A stretch of DNA of 63,680 nucleotides, filler included. It is 5 parts of 5 records of this genome, joined end to end, with 100 filler letters (N's around TTAATTAATTAA, not from the genome) between each part and the next. Parts side by side here need not be neighbours in the genome. Positions count along the whole stretch, not along the records: positions 7,200 to 23,760 come from SRR31147125_1765; 4 more parts are not named here. One strand, written 5' to 3'. The stretch's first letter is position 1; every line of letters begins with the position of its first letter. Shown here piece after piece: positions 11,003 through 20,798 of the stretch. The notes under the pieces are model-generated. The model ran no database searches. It was not told the DNA's origin and saw only the letters and a list, made by a program, of their open reading frames with translations. The translations under genes and the position numbers were made by a program.

Positions 11003-11455
11003 ATGAGAGAAGGTCGCAAAATGGATGAAAAGTTAAATAAAAAGGAATATTATTGTCATTTTGAATTAACTCTTGATTTAATTGGCGGAAAATGGAGGCC
11101 AATTATTTTATATTATTTGGGAAAATATGAAGTACTTAGATACTCTGAGATTCGTGAATGCATGCCGAAGATTAACGAAAGAGTTTTAAGTAGGCAACTT
11201 GAAGAGCTTAGAAAAGCGAAACTTATATCTAAAAAAGTTTATGATGAACTGCCTTTAAAGGTAGAATATAGTTTAACTAAACACGGTAAAAAAGTTATCC
11301 CAATCTTAAATGAACTTAAGGAATGGGGAAGAGAGTATAACGAGAATATTGGTAAAAAGAGCGTTTTATCCATAGATGAACGTGAAGATATGAAGAAAGA
11401 ATTAAATCAACTACCCGCGTCCGCGTCGCAAGCGGACGGTGTATCAGCTATGTAA
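11003..11455 (+). CDS. HxlR-family winged-helix transcriptional regulator (start may be 11021)
   Basis: C.FELTLDLIGGKWRPIILY.L, LSRQLEEL, P.KVEYSLT.HG; N-terminal Cys typical of redox or electrophile sensing. Confidence 0.92.
   Translation: MREGRKMDEKLNKKEYYCHFELTLDLIGGKWRPIILYYLGKYEVLRYSEIRECMPKINERVLSRQLEELRKAKLISKKVYDELPLKVEYSLTKHGKKVIPILNELKEWGREYNENIGKKSVLSIDEREDMKKELNQLPASASQADGVSAM
11405..11445 (-). repeat. GC-rich REP-like hairpin inside the HxlR 3' end
   Basis: Minus strand GATACAC-CGTCCGC-TTGCGAC-GCGGACG-CGGGTAGTTGATT; perfect 7-bp GC stem in an AT-rich contig. Confidence 0.55.
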
Positions 11456-11459
11456 AAGA

Positions 11460-11492
11460 GTAGGAGCGATCTATAGTATAGGTTGCTCCTAC
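11460..11492 (+). terminator. hairpin after hxlR
   Basis: GTAGGAGCGATCTAT-agt-ATAGGTTGCTCCTAC. Confidence 0.7.
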
Positions 11493-11520
11493 ATTTCATT
11501 TAAAGTTATTGCATAGTATA

Positions 11521-11572
11521 AGAGCTTTTCATAAATGAATTATTAGAAAATTATAACCTTATGCAAAGCCCT
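11521..11572. mobile_element. MITE-like element, copy A
   Basis: Ends AGAGCTTTTCATAA ... TTATGCAAAGCCCT match the ends of copies B and C. Confidence 0.55.
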
Positions 11573-11574
11573 TT

Positions 11575-11625
11575 GTATAGACAAAAATGTCCGTACTTGA
11601 TTAAATTAATTGTATACATTATACT
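11575..11625 (+). promoter_or_regulatory. promoter with abutting palindromic operator (putative HxlR-family site), copy 2
   Basis: GTATAGAC-AAAAAT-GTCCGTAC then TTGATT-N17-TATACT. Confidence 0.7.
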
Positions 11626-11666
11626 ATAAATTGAAAATAATAAAATTTAGAGGAGTTGTAAAGATT

Positions 11667-12203
11667 ATGGAATTAAAAGAAGCTATCTTAAAAAGAAGAA
11701 GTGTAAGAAAATTTGAAGATTATCATGTGACGGATGAAGAGTTAAATGAACTTATGCTAGCTGCGCAATATGCACCTAGTTGGGCGAATACTCAATCGGC
11801 TTCATTTATAGCTATTAGAGACAAAGAAGTAATGAAAGATTTAGTAGAAAACTGCTACCCTAAAAATCCAGCAAGTAAATGCTCACTAGGAGCTAGCTTA
11901 ATATTAGTTGCATGCTACGAGAAAAATAAATCTGGTAATTATAGAGGATTTAGCTTCGATACAATAGGAACTTGGGGAATGTTTGACCTTGGTCTTGCAT
12001 GCCAGAACTTAATGCTAAGAGCATATGAGCTGGGACTAGGAACGGTTGTAGTTGGAGCATATGATTTTGAGAAGGCTAAATCTATTCTTAACACTCCTGA
12101 AACTCATGAGATTGCGGCTATTATTCCAGTTGGAAAAATGACAAGCGATGAAATGAACGTACCGCCAAGAAAAGATATCAAAGAGTTATTTACAGTATTA
12201 TAA
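11667..12203 (+). CDS. nitroreductase family protein
   Basis: AILKRRSVRKF, APSWANTQ, DLGLACQNLMLRAYELGLGT; ATG 11667 follows RBS AGAGGAG. Confidence 0.93.
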   Translation: MELKEAILKRRSVRKFEDYHVTDEELNELMLAAQYAPSWANTQSASFIAIRDKEVMKDLVENCYPKNPASKCSLGASLILVACYEKNKSGNYRGFSFDTIGTWGMFDLGLACQNLMLRAYELGLGTVVVGAYDFEKAKSILNTPETHEIAAIIPVGKMTSDEMNVPPRKDIKELFTVL

Positions 12204-12211
12204 ATAGAAAT

Positions 12212-12255
12212 AAAAAAGCTTCGCTATCTCATTTTGAGATAACGAAGCTTTTTTT
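12212..12255. terminator. bidirectional intrinsic terminator
   Basis: AAAAAAGCTTCGCTATCTCA-ttt-TGAGATAACGAAGCTTTTTTT. Confidence 0.85.
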
Positions 12256-12263
12256 ATTAACTA

Positions 12264-12422
12264 AGAACTTTGCATAATGTCAAAATTTATTGAAAAGAGA
12301 ATTATAAAGGTTCGAATTCAGTATCTAAACTAATGGAAATAGTAATTTTAAATTCCATACCTTATATAAAAGACTTTAATGATTAATACGCTGGTTTATG
12401 CATCTTTATCATGCAAAGCTCT
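12264..12422. mobile_element. MITE-like element, copy B (159 bp)
   Basis: 15-bp terminal inverted repeats AGAACTTTGCATAAT / ATCATGCAAAGCTCT (13/15 match), flanked by TA on both sides. Confidence 0.65.
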
Positions 12423-12429
12423 TATAATC

Positions 12430-13817
12430 TTAATTTTTTTTCATTACATAATATCTACCATAACCGCTTCTCTCGATATAGAGAAGAATGTCAGCGCTGT
12501 CACTAGATTTATTGTAAATCTCCTTAAACTCTTTTAACGATTTAACCTCAAGGTTATTAATCTCTAGGATTACATCCCCTTCTTTGATTCCTAATCTGGC
12601 AGCTTGTGTATTTGGACTTACTTCTGTAATTGCCACACCTGACTGTTTGTTTGAGTAATCATATTTTTTCTTTAAATCCTTATCGATAGAACTAAGCTTC
12701 ATTCCTAAAATAGATGTGCCCTTTATTGCCATTTCATTGTCATCTCTACTAGTTAGTTTAGCTTTAACTGTTCTCTCTTTACCAGCTCTAAACCCTTCTT
12801 TTCTATAGACTTTTAGCTCTATCTCTTCATCAGGTTGATAAGTAGCAATTACTGCAACTGCTTGCGCATAATTTTTAATTTTTTTCCGTTGATAGCTAGG
12901 ATTACATCTCTTCTCTTTAAACCAGCTTTTTCTGCTGGAGTATCGTCAATTATCTCTGCGATTAACGCTCCGTTAGGAGAATCAAGTCCCATTGTTTGCG
13001 CCATATTTATATCAAAATTTGGTTCAAATCGAACACCTAATAAAGGTCTTCTTACCTCACCATGCTCTTTGATACTCTCAGCTATTTTTTTAACTGTGTT
13101 AATAGGAATTGAGAAACCAAGTCCTACACTTCCGCCAGAGTTAGAGATAATAGCTGAATTAACCCCAATTACATTTCCGTAAATATCAATTAGTGGCCCT
13201 CCGCTGTTTCCAGGGTTAATTGAAGCATCAGTTTGAATATAGTTTGCATATCCCTCAAATCCAGATTCAGCTCTACCTGTATAACTGATTATTCCCAATG
13301 TCATAGAGCTATTGAGACCAAAAGGATTACCTATAGCTATAGCCCACTGGCCAACCTTTAGCTTATCAGAATCTCCAAAAATAATAGGCTTAAACTTATC
13401 TTTAGTATCTATTATCTTTAATACAGCGATATCATTACTAGGAGCTTTTCCCAAGAGTTCAGCTGAGTACTCTTTTCCGTCATCAAATTTTACAAATATC
13501 TCTTTAGCATCTTTGATAACATGATAATTCGTAATAATTGTACCCTCTTCATCAATTACAAAACCAGAACCTAATGAGCTTCCCTCTCTCTCCACTTGCC
13601 TCGGGATAGATTCGCCGTAAAAAAACTGTTCAAAAGGATTAACAACAGTGCTTGTAACGACAGTCTTAGTCCTAATGTTAACTATAGAAGGAATGACATT
13701 TTCAGCGACCTTAATAAACTCCTCTTGATCTGTTAGTGAATAAGCGTTAAAACTAAAAACCAGAAAAAGTAAGGGAAGTAATAAAAGGTTTTTAGCTTTA
13801 AAATTTTGTGTTTTCAT
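12430..13817 (-). CDS. htrA: HtrA/DegQ periplasmic serine protease with two PDZ domains, frameshift at T7 12879-12885
   Basis: Signal peptide; GSGFVI, TNYHVI, DIAVLK, IQTDASINPGNSGGPL; one extra A joins PDZ1 to PDZ2 (ORF 12430-12732). Confidence 0.92.
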
Positions 13818-14056
13818 GTTTAAATCACCTCTTTAAAATTTTTATTTTTTATTCATATATTTTTTACTCCTTATTAATTAAAATTTTATTAAAGAATATT
13901 TTTATTTATATTTTATTTTCTATTAAACTCTAATGTTATTAAAGAATACTGTTTATTAGCATAGGCAAATTTTCTTGATTAATTAGACAATTTAAATATT
14001 TTTTAGAGTATAATATAGTTGAATATAAAGGTGTATTGTATTGGAGAGGAGGTAGT

Positions 14057-15984
14057 ATGGATAATTCTTATGAAAAATTTAAAAAAATTGGTTATATTTA
14101 ATTATTTTCGGGATAATAAGTTTTTCTGTTACTGTATTTATTAACCACTTTTTAAGTTTAAAATACTCCTCTAGTGCAATCGAACATTATGATGATTTTG
14201 TTATTGAAAAATTAAAAAACAATGTAAAGGCTGAAGTTTTAAGTAGAATAGATGAAGTTGAATATGATTTGGAAAAAATAGAGAGAGAAGAAAATTTAGT
14301 TATTAAAAATAAAGTGTTGGAACTCGGAAGACAATTATTAGAATCTGGAGTTTCACAAATAAATAATAATGAAAAGAGACAAGAGGCAGCTATTTTGGAA
14401 TTTGAACGAATAATCAAGAATGATTCAGAATATCTGTATTTCATCATGGATCCTGAGGGTTATTTGCTTCGGTCAGGAACAGATGAAAGGATGGAGAAGT
14501 TAAATTTATTAAATTCGTATGTGATGGGAATATCTCCTGTAAGGGAGGTAATTAGGGTAAAGGATAAGCCAGAAGGTGATTATGTAACATATTATTGGCC
14601 AAAAGTAAAAGACGGGGAGCCATTAAAAAAAACTTCATTTTGTCTGTATATCCCAGAATTTGATTTTATAATAGGAACGGGTAATTATGAAGAAGATGTT
14701 TATCAAAAATTAGAAAACGAAATATATAGCAGATTGCAAAGTTATTACGAGGATAAGGATAACTACATATTTGTCTTTGGCTATGATGGGGATATAAAAG
14801 TTTATCCCGATAAAAGTTTAATTGGGCAGGATATTAACTTTATAGAAAAAAACAGTTTAAATGAGCTTCATAGTAGATTTTTAAAACTTCTAGAAAATAA
14901 AGAGGAGTTCATGCAGTACAAAATAAATAAAAAAAATGAGTCTGAAATATCAGAAAAGATAACATATATTCAAACGATAAAAGATTGGAAAGTATATATG
15001 GGAATGGGATTCCATCTAGTAGATATACAGGAAGAGGTGCTTACAAATACAAGAGAATTAGAGAGAAATCACATGCAAAATACTCTAATCAATATTATTT
15101 TTTTATCAGTTGTTGGAATAATATCCTCTATCTTTATAAACAGGGGATTAAAACTGCAGCAAAATATTTTACAGAAAAAAGATATAGTTTTTGAACAACT
15201 TTTCCAAATGGTAGATAGAGGAATTGTAATAGTAGAGAAAGATAATAATATAATTTATCAGAATGCTGTAGTAAAAAAAATGTTTGGAGGGCAATGTTCA
15301 AATTTATTTGGTAATAAACTTTCCGAAGATTTTAAATTAATAAAAGATGAACAATTTTCATATACTAATAAAAATAATAGAGAGTATTTCTTTGAAATAG
15401 AGATAAAAGAGGTTCTCTACAAAGGGATGAATTCAAACTTATATTTAATAAATAATATAACGAGACGATATATAACTGAAAATAATCTAGATTTGGATTT
15501 GTTAACTATGTTACCAAATAAAAGAGCGCTTGAAATTGACTTTGATGATTTATTAACAAAGACTAATCTAGATACAAAGAATCATTTAGCAAAATTGTCT
15601 TTAGATAATTTCAATAATATTAGAGAAACTAATGGTCGAGCTAGAACTAAACAAATTTTAAAAGAGTTTGGGAAATTTATGAAAGCCAATTTAAGAGAGA
15701 AAGATGGGGTTTATCTATTTGAAGAGGGAAAACTTATTATCCTTTTTAAGGAATTAGATGCAAAACAGATTAAAAAAACACTAGATGAATATAACCTTCA
15801 AATGGGTGAGTCTATGCTAAATAAATTTGGATTCTTTGTATACTTTAGTGCTGGTGTTATACAACTTAAAGCTTCTGAAAAGAAAAGTGACTTTGAAATT
15901 TTGATGAAAAAAACAGATGATTTACTTCAACAAGCAAAGGATAATAATGGAATGAGAGTCGAATTGGATAGAGAATTATGGTAA
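14057..15984 (+). CDS. Cache-domain membrane sensor with PAS-like and degenerate GGDEF domains, frameshift at A7 14081-14087
   Basis: RBS GGAGAGGAGG before ATG 14057; one extra A restores TM1; two Cache-like motifs (YVTYYWPK...KKTSF..IGTGNY; YIFVF..DG...WKVYMGMG); D.LT.LPNKR, and FEEGK where GG(D/E)EF is expected. Confidence 0.8.
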
Positions 15985-16006
15985 AAATTAGATAAGATCA
16001 AAACGG

Positions 16007-16040
16007 CAAGTGGTTTATGATTAATTTCATAGACCACTTG
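16007..16040 (+). terminator. hairpin after the GGDEF gene
   Basis: CAAGTGGTTTATGA-ttaatt-TCATAGACCACTTG. Confidence 0.65.
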
Positions 16041-16218
16041 ATTAGTTTTTGTAGTAATTTGTATTTAACCATGTAATATTGTATAGTATATGCAGTGAAT
16101 TAACATAAATTTTTTTATTAAGAAAATAGAGTTAAATATAATAGTTATTTAATGGTATAATTATAAATATCATGAGATAATAGATTAGTTTTTTTAATAT
16201 ATATAAGGAGAATTATTT

Positions 16219-17085
16219 ATGGATCTACTTTTATATTTTTTCGTATTAACTACTGCGATTTTATCAATGGCACTTATACACATTTACTATAAACTTACTG
16301 ACAATAGCTATGTTTTGGATTTTTTTACATTTAGAGTAGTCTCTTTTCTATATTCTTTATTATTCATAATGACTATGATTCCAAGTTTCGAAGCTATGAA
16401 AATTACTTTAACTAAACTTAGCATATACTCTGATATTATCGGAGGAATAATTTTTATGTTCTTTTTATATGAATCAATACTTAGTAAAGAGTTTAGCTCC
16501 AGATACAAATATTTTTTCGCATTTTTGGCTATAATTGCTATATTAATAGCACTGGATTTTACTGCATTTACTTTTGATATTACTACTTTGAAAGGTGCTA
16601 AAAACCTGATATCCACAAGTGTGAATTTTGAGATAATTATTTTAATTATCGTTTATATTGGTAAAATAAGCTCACATTTGAGGACGCAAATAATTAAATT
16701 TATTATACTGTTCATAGTTTCGGTTATTATATCGACTATTGTATCAAGTTTATTTCCAATACATGAACTTTTAAGCGCAATGATGGTTTCAAATATATTT
16801 TTCTTTATCTATTTTTTGATAAAAACATTGAGTCATATTAAACACTTAAGAGAAAAAACAAAACAAATCGAAAAAAGAGAGATTAATGTATTAAAAGATA
16901 AAATTTTAGAGTTTGGAATTACAAAAAGAGAAGAAGAGATCATTTTATTAGTTTTAAAAGGTCAAAGTAATCAGGAGATTGCAGACGAACTATTTATAAA
17001 TGTAAGTACTGTAAAAAGGCATATTTACAATATTTACCAAAAAATGGGCATTAAAAAAAGATCTGATCTATTCGACTTGTTATAA
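16219..17085 (+). CDS. membrane-anchored LuxR-family regulator 1
   Basis: About 6-7 hydrophobic helices, then GerE/LuxR HTH ITKREEEII.LVLKG.SNQEIADELFI.VSTVKRHIYNIYQK. Confidence 0.88.
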   Translation: MDLLLYFFVLTTAILSMALIHIYYKLTDNSYVLDFFTFRVVSFLYSLLFIMTMIPSFEAMKITLTKLSIYSDIIGGIIFMFFLYESILSKEFSSRYKYFFAFLAIIAILIALDFTAFTFDITTLKGAKNLISTSVNFEIIILIIVYIGKISSHLRTQIIKFIILFIVSVIISTIVSSLFPIHELLSAMMVSNIFFFIYFLIKTLSHIKHLREKTKQIEKREINVLKDKILEFGITKREEEIILLVLKGQSNQEIADELFINVSTVKRHIYNIYQKMGIKKRSDLFDLL

Positions 17086-17176
17086 AGAAAGGCGAAAAGA
17101 ATTGAGAATTAACAAGTTTATACTTTGCTATTTTATAAAAATTCTAAAATTTTCAATAACTTTATAATAATACAAT

Positions 17177-17209
17177 AAAAAGGGAAAAGCAAACAGCTTT
17201 TCCCTTTTT
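17177..17209. terminator. bidirectional intrinsic terminator
   Basis: AAAAAGGGAAAAGC-aaaca-GCTTTTCCCTTTTT. Confidence 0.85.
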
Positions 17210-17229
17210 CAACTCAATTATTTATGTAA

Positions 17230-17880
17230 CTATTTTAAATCAAACTTATATCCAAATTCCAGAGTAACTGTGTCTATAGAAATTCCATCACCTGGTAAAC
17301 TGTTAATGTTAGTAACAACTCCTCCTGTTGTTGTGCTACCTTCAACATCTCTTGTTGCAGTTATCGTTTCATAGATCATCTCAAATATAAAATCATTATA
17401 CTCCATTCCTAAACCAAGGGCTCCGTAGATTCCATTTCCAACCGAGATGTCCACAGATGCACTATCCGCCCCGTCAGCGATATACGATTCTTCATACTCT
17501 TCAGCTGAAGCATCAAAATAGTTTCCCCCATCGTTATATGTCATTCCTGCACTTAATCTTAGATATGGTCTAAAACTCTCATTTTCTAAGTTAAACTTAG
17601 CAGTTCCATATAACATTTGTGAAGTTATATATGACTTTCCATCTAAAGATGTATTGGAAGTTTCCGTTTTCCCGAACTCGTGATACCCAAATCCAAGTCC
17701 ATATTCAATTGATTCACCAAATAGTGCTTCAGCCTTTAATCCATATTTTGGTAGGACGCTAACTGATGACCTGTTATCATCTTTCGTTCCTGTATTGAAT
17801 CCAGCTTTAACCTCCATATTTACTGCTAATGCCTGTGCTGCTAAAACTACACATCCTAAAATAATTATTTTCTTTCTCAT
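17230..17880 (-). CDS. outer-membrane beta-barrel protein (OmpA-like 8-stranded)
   Basis: Signal peptide MRKKIIILGCVVLAAQALA; amphipathic strands YGLGFGY, LYGTAKFN, PYLRLSAG, GALGLGMEY; C-terminal LEFGYKF. Confidence 0.8.
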   Translation of the reverse strand: MRKKIIILGCVVLAAQALAVNMEVKAGFNTGTKDDNRSSVSVLPKYGLKAEALFGESIEYGLGFGYHEFGKTETSNTSLDGKSYITSQMLYGTAKFNLENESFRPYLRLSAGMTYNDGGNYFDASAEEYEESYIADGADSASVDISVGNGIYGALGLGMEYNDFIFEMIYETITATRDVEGSTTTGGVVTNINSLPGDGISIDTVTLEFGYKFDLK

Positions 17881-18096
17881 TGTTAATACTTCCTCTCTAC
17901 GAATTAATTTTGACTCGGATTTCAAGTCTCTTTGTGCTACAATTATATTAGAATATTTCAAAGTTTAGAATTTCACTTTTGGACTAAATAGTAGTTGTTT
18001 TTTTTAACTATATGCAATACAACTTTTACACTAGTTCGTTCATAGTTTGAATTTATTTGATTTTTAGATGCAGTATCAATAAAGGGGTTAAGGAAG

Positions 18097-18966
18097 ATGA
18101 CAGAATTTTTTTACTTTATGGTGTTTTCGAGTAGTTTTTTATTGACTACACTATTACTTATTTACTATAAGTTGAGTAGTAGTAAGAGTATTTATAACTT
18201 TATAATATTAAATATCACATATTTTTTTGCTTTTATATTTGATTTTTTTAGTAGATATGAAACCAATCCGTTAAGTATAGATATTTTTATTAAACTAGGG
18301 GAAGGATTTAGAAATTTATCATTTATTTTCCTGATGTTTTTAATTTATGAACTTTTAACCGCAGAAAGAATTAAAAAAAGAATCACTCTTCAATTTCTAT
18401 CTTTTGCAATGCTGACACTGTTTGGATATCTTGATCTATTTGCAGTGGAGGGAACTTATAACTTTTATAAAATATTATCACCTGTTCTGTTAGTGACTGT
18501 TTTAATAGAGATAATATTAATAATGATTTTTTATCATAAAAAAATAGACTCAAAGCTTCAAATAAAAACTGTTCGAATATTAATGCTTTTATTACTTGCG
18601 AATTATTTGGAACTGCTTTTAGATTCAGCATTTAATATACCAAAAGACAGTAACTCATTTCTGGTATTAAATGTTTCTCTTATTTTTTATCTTTTCAAAA
18701 AGATATTTGAAGAGATTAAGAAACTTAAGGAAGTGGAGGCAGAGATTGATAAGTTTTCCTTTGATAGTTTTGAGGAAAAATTTGCAGAACACAAGCTTAC
18801 AGAAAGAGAAAAAGAGATAACTATGCTAATATTGAAAAGAAAAAGTAATCAAGAGATCGCTGATGAGCTAGACATTAGCGTTAATACAGTTAAAAATCAC
18901 ACTTACAATATCTATAGAAAATTTGATGTGAATAAAAAAATAGATCTGCTTAAATTATTGTTGTAG
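18097..18966 (+). CDS. membrane-anchored LuxR-family regulator 2
   Basis: Same architecture as 16219-17085; HTH LTEREKEI..LILK.KSNQEIADELDISVNTVKNHTYNIYRK. Confidence 0.88.
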   Translation: MTEFFYFMVFSSSFLLTTLLLIYYKLSSSKSIYNFIILNITYFFAFIFDFFSRYETNPLSIDIFIKLGEGFRNLSFIFLMFLIYELLTAERIKKRITLQFLSFAMLTLFGYLDLFAVEGTYNFYKILSPVLLVTVLIEIILIMIFYHKKIDSKLQIKTVRILMLLLLANYLELLLDSAFNIPKDSNSFLVLNVSLIFYLFKKIFEEIKKLKEVEAEIDKFSFDSFEEKFAEHKLTEREKEITMLILKRKSNQEIADELDISVNTVKNHTYNIYRKFDVNKKIDLLKLLL

Positions 18967-19004
18967 TTTGAAGAATCTAAACCAAATAATTTAGTCAAAA
19001 TATT

Positions 19005-19050
19005 ATCTCCAGCTTCTAATCATTTTGAAGCTGGAGATTTTCTATTTTTA
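19005..19050 (+). terminator. intrinsic terminator
   Basis: ATCTCCAGCTTC...GAAGCTGGAGAT plus T-rich tail. Confidence 0.75.
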
Positions 19051-19345
19051 TTCTAGTAAATTTTAATTGAATATTCTAAAAAAAGCTATTGGGTATTATT
19101 TCTGAAAATTTTCTTTGAAAGTAAAAAAATTTAGTAAAATAAAGTTTATTCACAATTAACGATTTTAGATAATTTTCAAATAATAGAAAAAGCATATTCT
19201 CAAAACACCCCTTCATTCTCCTTTAGTAATTTTCTCATACGAAGTTTTATAAAAATAATTAATAATAACTTTATTGAAAACATATTTATGAATTGAGTAG
19301 TTGAAAGTGCTTTACATAAGATGAAAAATTAGTTATTAAAAAAAC

Positions 19346-19411
19346 TTGACTTAAATAAGAAATAATATTACAATTAATTAGTTAGGTGCCTTATAGTTAA
19401 TGAGCTAATCA
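19346..19411 (+). promoter_or_regulatory. sigma70 promoter with candidate tandem MarR operators
   Basis: TTGACT-N17-TACAAT, then TAGTTAG-gtgc-CTTATAG and TAGTTAA-tgag-CTAATCA. Confidence 0.55.
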
Positions 19412-19520
19412 ATTTAATTAAGAGCTTTATTCATTATTTTTATGATTCCAATAAAGGTGAAAGGTATTAATAATGATAAATTTCGAGTAATTAAAAAAAT
19501 TTTAATTAGGAGTAAAAGAT

Positions 19521-20045
19521 ATGGAAATAAATTTAAAAGACTTTCCTTCTAGTAAGTTACTAGAAAAATATTCAAAGGAGTTTGAATCTATTGATATAGA
19601 TTCTATAAATATTTCTCTTAGATTTATAAATACAGCAAAAAATATTATGAATGCGTATAGTCTATTTTTTAGTAAATACAATTTATCTGACTCTAAATTT
19701 ACTACTTTAATGTTATTGAAAAGAGAAAAAAATAATACGTTATCACCAACAGATATTGCAAAAAAACTTGGTGTAACTAAAGCTACAATTACAGGCTTAT
19801 TAGATGGACTTGAAAAAGATAAATTTATAAAAAGAATACACAGTATTAAAGATAGACGTAAAATAGATATTAAAATAACAGAAACAGGATTGAAAGTTTT
19901 AGATGAAATTTTGCCAATTCATTTTGAGAGAAGTAAAGATATAACATCATTCCTTAATGAAAACCAAATTAAAAATTTGTATGAAAGTTTTGAAGAACTA
20001 AATAATGGAGTAGAACTTTTTTTTACAAATTTAAGAGAAAAATAG
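19521..20045 (+). CDS. MarR-family transcriptional regulator
   Basis: LSPTDIAKKLGVTKATITGLLDGLEKDKFI.R.....DRRKI.I.IT..G. Confidence 0.92.
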   Translation: MEINLKDFPSSKLLEKYSKEFESIDIDSINISLRFINTAKNIMNAYSLFFSKYNLSDSKFTTLMLLKREKNNTLSPTDIAKKLGVTKATITGLLDGLEKDKFIKRIHSIKDRRKIDIKITETGLKVLDEILPIHFERSKDITSFLNENQIKNLYESFEELNNGVELFFTNLREK

Positions 20046-20090
20046 TTTGTCATTAAACAAGTAATTAATAATATAATAAAAGGAGAAAAA

Positions 20091-20462
20091 ATGGAAAAAG
20101 TAAATTATTTTGAAACAAAATTAGAAAGTACATTTAGCCCAATGGATTTTATGAGTGTTAGAAAAAAGAATCCAAAAGATTATGTATTAGTTGATGTAAG
20201 AAATGGTCCTGTAAATCTTAGGAAAGCAAAAGCTATAGGAGCAATTGAAATGCCTCTTTCAACACTTGAAAATAATTTTTCAAAATTGCCAAAAGATAAA
20301 ATCATAGTTTTATATTGTTGGGATGTTTGGTGTAATACAGCAGCAAAAGCGGCAGTATTTTTACAAAATAAAGGTTATTCTAATATAAAAGAATTAGCTG
20401 GTGGAATAGCTGCTTGGAATACTATGAACCTTCCAATAGAAGATCTTTCTGGAGTAAATTAA
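20091..20462 (+). CDS. single-domain rhodanese-like protein
   Basis: LVDVR, GAI.MP, IVLYCWDVWCN, ELAGGIAAW. Confidence 0.9.
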   Translation: MEKVNYFETKLESTFSPMDFMSVRKKNPKDYVLVDVRNGPVNLRKAKAIGAIEMPLSTLENNFSKLPKDKIIVLYCWDVWCNTAAKAAVFLQNKGYSNIKELAGGIAAWNTMNLPIEDLSGVN

Positions 20463-20489
20463 TAATTATATGAAATAAATATAGATTAT

Positions 20490-20525
20490 AAATGGAGCTA
20501 TTAATTTTATTATAGCTCCATTTTT
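20490..20525 (+). terminator. intrinsic terminator
   Basis: AAATGGAGCTAT...ATAGCTCCATTT plus T-run. Confidence 0.8.
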
Positions 20526-20798
20526 ATATTTAATCGAGATTGACTTTAATTCTCCGCCTTTGGGTTGAATCAATCTATTGATTTAATTTGGTGATTCAGG
20601 AAACGAATTGTTTTTTCAATATAAAAACACTGAATTAAATTACAAATAATTGTTTTTTTGTAATTTGAGATTGACTTATATTGATTAATAATATATTATG
20701 TTAAACAGATATTATTTCAAAAAAGGAATATTCCAATAAACGCAATGAGTTATTAAAATAATTTTATTTATTTTAAATATAATTTAAAAGGAGATGAG

